Source of the DNA: Marsupella aquatica
Taxonomy: Eukaryota > Plantae > Marchantiophyta
DNA: 64,000 bases
Direction of reading: 5' to 3'
Assembly: GCA_973895155.1 (NCBI GenBank)
Contig: OZ316891.1
Location: 13,733,037 to 13,797,036 of the forward strand
The position numbers and the translations under genes were made by a program. Shown in pieces: positions 54,776 through 64,000 of the stretch (its first letter is position 1; each line of letters opens with the position of its first letter). Under the pieces are notes generated by a model. That model made no database searches and was not told the DNA's origin. It was given only the letters and a program-made list of their open reading frames with translations.

Positions 54776-56878
54776 CGGTGCGCAAATGTATTCCAGAACC
54801 CACGCTGCAAAAACCAGCGAGAGAAGAAAAAACAAGCCCTAAGGGCGACAACAACACCATCACACCAAGGAGCCCAAGCCAGGCCACCATCACGCCGCAA
54901 CATGGCATCACAACAAATGAGGCACCAAGGCGACTAGCAGACTTTGGGCCTCAAGTGGATCTGAATCAACCAGCGGTCAACCGGAAGACAGTGGGTCCAA
55001 ACACTAGCCGAGAAAGTCAGGAACCAGGTCCAATAGATCCAGACATTGAAGTCCCAATGACTCTCGATACTATAACACTCATGCATCACAAAAGCTCTAT
55101 TCTTGTGAGCAACACACGGACTATAAGTCACAATCTCAATCATTCTACTTTTGCTACTCCTGTAGTTGATCACAAGGCTGAAACTAGCCTTGTCATCATC
55201 CCGGTCATCATCAAGACTAAGTTTCTCTAAGTAATGGTAGCAGTGAAGGCCTAAAGTAGTATAAATCGCATGCATGGGTAATATTGTCAGGGGTAGTAGG
55301 AATCCTATTCAGAGTATGACGGATCATAACAGTGAGTTCAGTCAACGTCCTCTGTAGACTCCGTGCTAAATGGTAACATTTTTTGTGCGTTGCATAGTAG
55401 CATGAACATTCACAATGGCCCCATGAAGAATGAGTTGCAGGGGGAAGTGAGTAGCATTATCCTGGTAGGTGCGTTGTCGTCTTTTAATCCAATGCTATGT
55501 ATCATCTGATGGATGGTGAGGAGAAATCATGGGTTTCTCTCTTGTGATCGGATGGCAGTGTCAACTTTTCCAAAGAAGGGACAGCCAATAGCCTTATGCT
55601 GCCCAGTACCTACAACAGATAGTTCAAGCTGATTCCATCTGGTCTGCAATCTAGGGCACTCAAAGAACATGTGTTCAATAGTTTCAATCTGCTCATGACA
55701 TGCAGTGCACTTCCTGTCACCAACATCCCACTTAAGAGCCCCAAAATTGGAAAAGAATCCAGCATTGAGTACCTTCCAAAAATCTAATTTGACATTAGGG
55801 GAAGACCAGCCAGACCAGAGGTGAATCCACCGCCTTTGCCAGGTCTCAGGAGAGTCCAGAGAGAACCACCTCCTATTGAGTTTCTCAGTAGGTGTGGAAT
55901 GTTGTTGCAACATCAAGGCCCAAGTTCGAGTCTGAAGAGTCCACCCTGTTTTTCCTCCTTAGTTTGGTCCATCTCCAAATCCACCCATTGGTGTTGGTCA
56001 AAGTGTCAATAGTGGGTCCCCGAGATCTGTGCAAAATCTCCAAAACAAGTTGCACCAATCGTAGTGCATTGCTTCTGGTCGATCTCACGGCTCCCTGAAA
56101 CTGCTCATTAGTCTTCCATCCAAAGTCTTGAGTAATCAAGTCAGCAACAATAAAGATTTTTCTCGTTGCCATGAAGCTTTTGAACTCATGTTTCTCTCTG
56201 TCTGTACTGTCATTCAGCTGCCGGCCTGCTTATGAGAAGAAGTAGCCGCTCAATAGATAGGTGGATAGGGATGTTCCCAATGGTGACCTCAAAGTGAAGG
56301 TTTCTGTGAGTAGATTCTCATCCTCTAAGCAAACAATTAAAAGTAGGAGCTGAGGCATTTTTAATGCTTGGGAGTAGAAGGAGGACGTTGCTGGGATCCC
56401 ATAACTTGCGCTCTCTCTTATGTGGGCCCTTCCTAGCATTCAGTCTGATCAAGGACCTTGCCATGTGAATCCACGCAGTGTCGAATCCACTTAGTAGCTT
56501 GGTGACGCTGCACATTTTGCAGGCCTGAGCTTGTAGAGCAAAGGGCCTTATGGCTAGGTCTCCCTCCGCGCCTCAAAGGGTCGGGTGATTGTGTCCCATG
56601 CAACAAGAGCAATTTTGTCAGCTCTAGGGGCACTCTTGCCCCACAAGAAGATTCTGCAGAGTTTTTCCAGCTGCTTGTATCCAGTTTTTTGGATGTTGAG
56701 CAACATAATATGGTAGATAGGAATAGCCCTAAGCACATGCTTAAGTAGGACCAGCCTCCTAGCTTGGGTGAGGGTTCTGTTGGTCTAGTGCCTGAGTCCT
56801 TTCTTGACTTTACCAAGTAGGAATTCAGTTTCCTGGTGAGGCCTTATTTTATTACCGATTGGACAACCAAGGTAGGTA
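54776..56878 (-). mobile_element. LINE (L1-clade) 3' fragment: RT C-terminus, zf-RVT, 3'UTR; degenerate
   Basis: YLGCPIG (~56875-56855), HVLRAIPIYH...CRIFLWG...LVAWDTITRP, FWKVLNAGFFSN...CTACHEQIETIEHMFFECP. Frameshifts and stops are present. Confidence 0.85.
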
Positions 56879-58104
56879 CACTACTACATATTTGCCATTT
56901 TTGCGAAGGTCAATTACAAGGGGATAAACGCACCGCAAAGCGCCATTCATCGCTCATCTTGCGATGCAAACCGCATCTCAAACTGCGACACTGACACTCT
57001 CGCAACCATTATTTGCGAAACCAACATCTTCGCAAATATTTGCGAAACCAAATATCTCGCAAAATGTTTCTGAACCTTTGAGCATTCTACTTAGTACCGA
57101 TGTTTACCGTTTCGCAAACAACTTGCGACGCCGATTGCATTGATAACGTTGCAATATTTGTGTTATCGGAAATCGGCGTGCGATGCAAAATTAATCGCAA
57201 TACAGTGAAACTAAGAGAATCGCTAGTTTGAGAGGTGGTGTGGCTCGCAAAATCATGGCGCCTTAGTGGTTCTCTTTAGAGAAGGCTTGAGTTTTGGAAA
57301 GTTGAGATGCGCGTTGCTTCGGAATGTAGCGATGGTTTTGGGATGGGATCTAGCAATGAGGTAGGGATCGTTAATGTAGCCATTAGGTTGAGATGGGTGG
57401 GGGTTCGCAAAATGGTTCGGAAATTTGGTTTTGGGGTTTGTCAGATTTAGAAAGGGCATGGGACAAGGAATGGAGGGAGGAGGGTCAAGGAGGGAGGAGG
57501 GAGGAGGGAGGAGGTACACTTTAGGAAGAAAAGGAGGAGGAAGGGTTGACTTAAGGGGGGACAAGGAACAAAGGGAGGAGGGCGGTTTAGGGTGCACAAG
57601 GAAATGAGGGAGGAGGGAGCGTTCCTACCTACAGTTTAGGGAGGGAAAAGGAAAGGAGGGAGGAGGGAGGGAGGGTGGAAGGTATAGGTTTAGGAGAGGG
57701 ACAAGCCAAGGAGGGAGGAGCATAGGTTGAGGACAGTGAAAGGTGGAAAAAATTGAGGGCATGTATAGGTTTTAAAAAGGAAGGGGTTGAGACAAGGGGA
57801 GGAGGGAGGTGGGTACAAGTACTAGAGAGAAAGGCTAGGGGGTGGGAGAAGGAAAGCTACGAGGAGGAATGACTACAAGCGACATGAGTTTTCTTTTCAT
57901 AAAGTGTACCAAAAGGTGTGGGAGTGTACATAGGACTGTGGGGATGGAAGATGTAAAAAAGCCACATTTAAAATTGATATACTTACAAGATTGATTTGGG
58001 CAAACATAAATTTATTAATAATTTAGAAACACATATTTCTCCAACCAAGAAGAGAGATCCTCATATGTTCAAATCTAACTATATATCCACATTACATATA
58101 CCCC

Positions 58105-61100
58105 TCAAACTTGGTCCTCATCCTCTTCAGGTTGGGACACAACCAGAATATCTGGCTTTTCCCCAACAACTGAACGAGATCGTGGCACATATGTGATGAC
58201 AAGTGACCATTCCTCTAGGTTTGGGGGGTATGAAATATAAAAACATTGTTCCACATGACTTGGAAAAGTGAACGGCTCCGATGTTTGCCAATGAGATGGC
58301 TGGAAACTAGTGGCAGATGTCTTTAGCCATGTAAATCCACGTGCACACTCATCTTGAAGCACGGTGGGATTGTTACCTGCAAGGTTCACTTTGAACCACT
58401 TGCACTTGAAGACATAGTCTTCAAACTTTGATTGTGCATCATAAGAGATCACTAGGATCTCCTCTATCTTTCCATAATGTGGCACAACATCTCGAATAAT
58501 ATTTGTGTCATGGCGATTGCTGCGGGAATCTTGAGAGAATTGTCCTTGAACTCCACAATCAAAGGTACGACCCCTCTTCTCATCAAGGAAAAAAACCCTA
58601 AAATCCACCAAACCATAAGGACATGTTACAAAAATAGGCATAACCATATAACAATTAATATCACATGCCAAAAAATTGTCTCTTCAATATATGTGGGTGT
58701 ATTACACATAAATTAAAATCACCATAGATGAAAGGTTACTAAGGTACTTGGAAATAACCTGAAATGTCTCCCTTGTGTCCACATTGCCGTCCTTGTTGTA
58801 ACCATTCTCAAGGGACCATGAACAATGGTACGGACATCATCTGTGATAGCTGGAAAATGTAATAATTCTCTCCCCTCGCTACCATGTCATCCACCTCAAC
58901 CAACTTCTCCTTCATGTAGTCATGGTACTTTGGAAAGATCCTTGGTCTTCTACTGGTACTTATGGCATCCTCATAGAAATCCCTCCATTCTTCCATGATA
59001 GTGTTGTTACTCAACATGAATGTGGTTAGTTGTTTCAACTCCACTGGTGTCAACATGCAGGTTTTGATAGCACCTGTTAAACGATCCTCCTCATCTTCCC
59101 TCTCCTCTACCCAAGTACGGGGAGAGGTACGATCAATTGTGGCCAATATGTTACTGCAATAGAACATACTCTCTGCTGCCAAGTATCCTGTAGCCATGCT
59201 TCCCTCAACTCGTGCCCGGTTACGTACATAACCCTTTAATACTGCCATGTACCGTTCCAACCAATACATCCACCGACAATGCACAAGACCAGCAATGGCC
59301 ACCTCATGAACAAGATGAACAAGTAAATGCACTTGGCAATCAAAAAAGGAAGGAGGAAGGGCCTTTTCTAACTTGCATACCACCTCTGCTGCCAGTACCT
59401 CCATTCCCGGGATCTCTTCACAGTATATCTCCTTAGAACATACCCATCTCAATAGTTTTCCCAATGACCAATGGCATCTTGCACTTCTGAACTTGCCAAA
59501 CCTATAATTATGGCCACGGGCAATATATGTTGCAATAACCGATGATAGTCATGCGTCTTGAGATACATTGGCCACTTATGATTGTCCTCCATCCCAAAGG
59601 CCTTCCGAAGATTGGCACCATAACCAGTAGGAAACCGCATGCCTCCTATGCGATTCCTAAACTCCCTTCTCTGGACAACAGGAAGCACCCATGGGGCTGA
59701 AGGTCGATGTTCTATCCGTGTGATAGGATCAATTGTGACCCATACATCTGGATGCATCTCAAGATCCTCACAAGCCTCCCTGAAGTTAGTGTCATTTTCT
59801 CCATAGAAAGCCTTTATCAAAGCCTTTCCCACATTTCCCTCAATGTGCATGGGGTCTAATAGATGGCGGATCTTCAACTCTCCCCAATAAGGCAAAGTGG
59901 TTAATATACTCCATCTAGTCAACCCGCTACCCTCAAATTGCATGGGATCCTCCGGGTTTGCCACTCTATCAGCCAAGTCTTTCCAATGTGCAAAAGTTGT
60001 TGGCTCTGGTATATCACGTTCATCACCAAAGGGCATATCAATGGAGGAAAATAGTAGTGGGTCAAACCTCATCTGATGGCCCATTGGCAGAAACTTTGTA
60101 TGCCCAAGATAAACAATCTTGTGAAGGTGTGATGAGTACTTGGCTATATCACCAAGACTTGGGCCACAAGTGGAGCAAGCCTTGTAGCCTTGGGTTTGCA
60201 ACCCACTCACAAAGCCAAATCCTGGTCAAATAGACACACATAATGTAGAATTAGCACATGGAAATGATGGGATAACATGCATTATCATATCATGCTGGAT
60301 GTAAACAAAAAAAGTGTCGTAGTTTCATAGTTCTTACCTGGGTAGTCATGCATGGTCCACATACAAACCCCTTTTAGTTAAAAAACCCGTGGGGTACCCC
60401 CTGTAGTCTTTCGCCCGTCATATGCCCATATTCCATCCCATAATTTTTGGAGTTCCTCAACCACTAATGCCAAATAGGTGTCCATGTTCTTCACCTTCTT
60501 TGGCCCTGGGATAATCAAAGATAGCAATAAAAAGCCCTTTTTCATGGACAACCATGGTGGAAGGTTGTAATTCATGAGAACCACCGGCCAAACTGATGTA
60601 GGTCTCCCCTTCCCTCCAAGTGAATGAGGGCTAACCGCATCTGATGCCAACCCAAGTCGCACATGCCGAGGGTCACGCTCAAAATCTGGCCATGTTGACT
60701 TCACATGTTTATGAGCAGGAGAGTCAACTGGTAATCGCATCACACCGGGCTCCGAACGATGCTTCTTGTGCCATACCATCAACTCGGCCAAGTCAGAACA
60801 TCTATACATGTGCAACAAGCAAGGAATAATGGGGAACCAACGAACTGCTTTTCTTGGCACCTTCCCGGTTAGCATGTTTGGGTCATACCGTGGCTCATGA
60901 CATACTGTGCATTCTGTCATATGGGCTTTGTCCCCATGAAATAATATGCAATCATTCACACAGGCATGAATGATATGGTAATCCATGCCAATGGATGAGA
61001 GAATCTTCTTTGCATCCTTCCAAGTTCCAGGCAACACATTCTCCAAGGGTAACATCAAGTCATGACAATATTCAAATATGTCTGATAACATAGAATTGCT

Positions 61101-62926
61101 TGCCTTATGTTTGGCCTGAATGTTCAACAACCCCAATATGGCTGACAAACGACTCAACCGAGCACCCTCAAAGATAGGTGTCCGGGCATGTTCCTCAGCC
61201 TCCTTCCATTGTTGTTGTCCCTCTGGAGTATGTTGTGGTCGTGGGTCATTTTGGGGGGCAGCTCCTTCAACACTAATGTCAGGGACACCATCTTCAACAT
61301 CAACACCAAACCAATCAACCATGAAGTCATCCATGGCTCTGTCCTGGTCATGCATGACCTGGTCATCAGTCTGAGGTGTTGCTTCCTCATCACCATGATC
61401 ACTTACATCATTACTTGATGAGGAATCATCCTCTGATGGTTCTCCCTCTTCTGGCATGCCCATCTCCCAATATGCTACTCTCAACCTTCGTGGTAACATT
61501 TGTTGAGATGGTTGCACATTCTACGCACGACACAACCAAAAAACCTCTTGATGTATATTTCACCAGGTACAACAAAAATAGACTTCAGACCATTCATTCA
61601 AGACAAATTAACAATCAGTTTTAAGGATTGATTGCATGCATTCACATTAAGAACTTAAGTGAAGGGCCACACCAAAATTATACTACTCCAAAATGAGGCC
61701 AGAGGACATGTATATAATGAAAAGTGTGAAGTACACACAAGGTACAAGAGGATGTATGACATGGCTCCCTAATCCCACTCATAGTGTGTGAATAACTCAT
61801 CTCCAGCTCTAATAGTCCTAGTGGCAAGAACTAAGCAATGGTCCTTATGATATGTCGTTCCATATGGTGCCGGCATTGGGCCATCAGTAAAAACCCACTC
61901 ACAATTGGCCCTACGCTTGGGTCGAGTCCCCACAGTACTATTTATAAAGCGAGCAATATTCCCATTACGTACGGGATCACCGTCTATCACCCGCTGCTCA
62001 CTATACCTTCTAGTGCTACCATGAAAAGTATCCATCTCTAGGGCATATGTTTTCCACTCAGGATGTTGTGCAAGGATCATGTTCCAGTGTCTTCTCTGAC
62101 TTGTAGATGGGTCCACCATATGGGAACAAAGTAGGACCCTCTCTACCACGAGCACTTGACCCACTCCCATCATCCATGATGATATCCTCACAAGCAAATA
62201 CTCCATATCCGTGTCTCTCTCCAAGTGTGGAAGCTTTCACAATCCAACGTCTACCCCAAACCACAATCTCCTCATCATAACCGGGAAAATAAGGCAAGCC
62301 AAGAGTCATAGGATCCCAATCTTTGATGATAGAGGCACACTTGCCAGTGAATGAACAAATGCCCCACCTACCCTCAACTAGTGTTCTTGATGGGTCATTG
62401 GGTGCTCGTGGCCTCCTCTTGGACTGGGGCCTGGACCGGGGTCTTTGTGTCTCAGTGGGCACATGAGACTGTTCCTCTTCAGTCCCATGATTGGTACTGA
62501 TCCCTACACCCAAGGCTTGTGAAAGTGCATTGCCTATAGCATCTAAAACTCCTTGTGATGGGACATAGGGTGGTGGTGTCACCGGTCTACGCATACTGGA
62601 TCCCTATTCCATGCAAAAACCCACAAAAAACCATATGTGTAAACATTGATTCACTTATGAAAATATGAGGGAAAAAAGGCAAACAATTGAAATCCATGTA
62701 CCATATGGGATGAAGAAGCCCCCGGAGTAAGACCCCTGTGACGTCCATATCTCTCAATATGTTGAGCACACACATAAGATTTTTGAGAAACTTGGCCCAC
62801 ACATCTGGTGCACTCACAAAGTCTCCGGGGAGGACCACGAGGACCGGTAACCTCAGGTTGAGGAGGAGGGGGTACATCATCGGAGGAGGAGTACTCACTA
62901 CTGGATAGTTCGGGGGAGGATGACAT
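58105..62926 (-). pseudogene. CACTA transposase (TnpD-like: transposase-associated Zn motif, Tnp_21, DUF4218, DUF4216), disrupted
   Basis: Inferred exons 62926-62702, 61520-60338, 60221-58759 and 58597-58105. Motifs: CECTRC...HIERYG, IHACVNDCILF, RLGLASD, SVWPVVLMNYNLPPW, WTMHDYPG, RHLLDPMHIEGNV, LKTHDYH, PPSFFDCQVHLLVHL, RWMYWLER, FKCKWF. A TAA at 60378 and frameshifts near 59500 and 58860 disrupt it. Confidence 0.9.
61769..62603 (-). pseudogene. SET-domain protein exon inside the CACTA element (one frameshift near 62095)
   Basis: WIVKASTLGERHGYGVFACEDI ... LFPYGG ... YALEM ... IDGDP..NGNIARFINS ... ANC ... LATRTIRAGDELFTHYEWD*. All canonical SET motifs are present in order. Confidence 0.88.
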
Positions 62927-64000
62927 ATCCACTGCCACATTACATTGCATGTAGGGCATGATTAGAATCCCTCTCGGCCAAAAAATATCCTAAAACTAAA
63001 CTACAAAAACCCTTTTTTGTTTAGCATGAAACCCAAAGGAGAGTGTCATGCACAAAAATATCACATTGTCACCCTTGGGAAAATTGTAATGGTCTAAGCC
63101 CTGAATTAGGTTAGTGAATTACCTGAATGAGACCCGGGCTCAACAGTGCCTATAGGTCGTGTGGCTCAATGAACATGAGCCAAATCTAGAAGTAGAACAG
63201 AAAGCCTTAAAGGATGGGTCCAAGGCCTTAATTCTCTTTTTCAAAATTTTCTGATTTTCCAAAATGTCATAAAAAAACAACACAAAAAATCATCATATAT
63301 TTAATATTTCCTGACCTTGGACTTTCACACCATAATTAACACAATGCTTTAGACACAAGTTTTTTCATAATTAATATTTCCAATTTGACTCCTCAATATA
63401 AGTCTCAACATTGGAGTTTGGGCTCAAAGATCACCAACAAATTAAATGTTACAAGAAAATATCCTCTTTATGAACAAAGTCACTAACAACATCAGAGATC
63501 AGAAGCCTTCACCCATCACAAATCAACACTCAATTGCCCTTGGCAGCCTATGTTTAATCGCTAATTGCCCATGGTCCTATACCCTTTACGGGTTACATGT
63601 TGTCATTTTGTCCATCGCAGCTGGTCGCAACTCGCCCATTGCAATGTGCCTATCATAGCTCACTCCTGAGCTCACTCATCTTCCATCATGGATTGTTGTT
63701 ACCCAACTTTGCCCTTTGCCTTTTAAAAACCTAAGCTTAGTGTATTCATGAAGCTTGTGCATCCAAAAGCTTCATGAATTCATGAATCCTGTTTTCAAGA
63801 TTCTTTAATCTTGATCCAAGATTCTTTGTCATGAATTCATGAAGGGAATCTGGCATCAAGTTTGGGAATCTTAAAAAGAGAGAAAAATTGCATACAAACA
63901 TAAAGAAAATAATTAAAAGAAAGGTTACTCAAGACAAAGAAAATGACAAAAAAAGGAACAAAAAATGATTCAATTAAGACAAAAAGAGTTATGGATGAAG

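Larger units (their letters stand above)
56879..64000 (-). mobile_element. CACTA / En-Spm DNA transposon (other end lies beyond the window)
   Basis: Terminus CACTACTAC at 56879 interrupts the LINE YLG region, preceded by GTA (candidate 3-bp TSD). Subterminal TTTGCGA/TCGCAAA repeats occur in both orientations at 56900-57410. Transposase exons lie inside. Confidence 0.92.

Noticed and set aside
57253-57597. Pro-rich 114-aa ORF in the CACTA subterminal region
   Set aside because: Translation of a low-complexity C-rich strand.

Overview
Eukaryotic nuclear DNA from a land plant. A non-seed plant such as a liverwort is likely from the gene and TE style, but that is an inference. Four host genes are well supported: SF3B6/p14 (minus), a 16-coding-exon BONZAI-type copine with a GC-AG intron (minus), an intronless ACHT/Lilium-type WCGSC thioredoxin (plus) and a divergent GAE-like UDP-glucuronate 4-epimerase (minus). 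There is also a candidate 65-aa small-ORF gene. Mobile DNA includes a full-length Bianca-lineage Ty1/copia (identical 107-bp LTRs, TSD CAGAT, half-tRNA-Ile PBS), two 345-bp solo LTRs, MITE-like hairpins and several minisatellites. At the right end is a nest in which a LINE is interrupted by a CACTA element and by a 4.74-kb TG..CA element with a 5-bp TSD and no terminal direct repeats. That element carries a ~1230-codon PMD-like/coiled-coil ORF and may be a giant coding solo LTR. The top finding is that the CACTA element has a SET-domain (lysine methyltransferase-like) exon inside the first intron of its transposase gene. Splice phases allow one Zn-motif first exon to join either the SET exon or the transposase exons. 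All coordinates, splice models and family calls were read by eye without tools.
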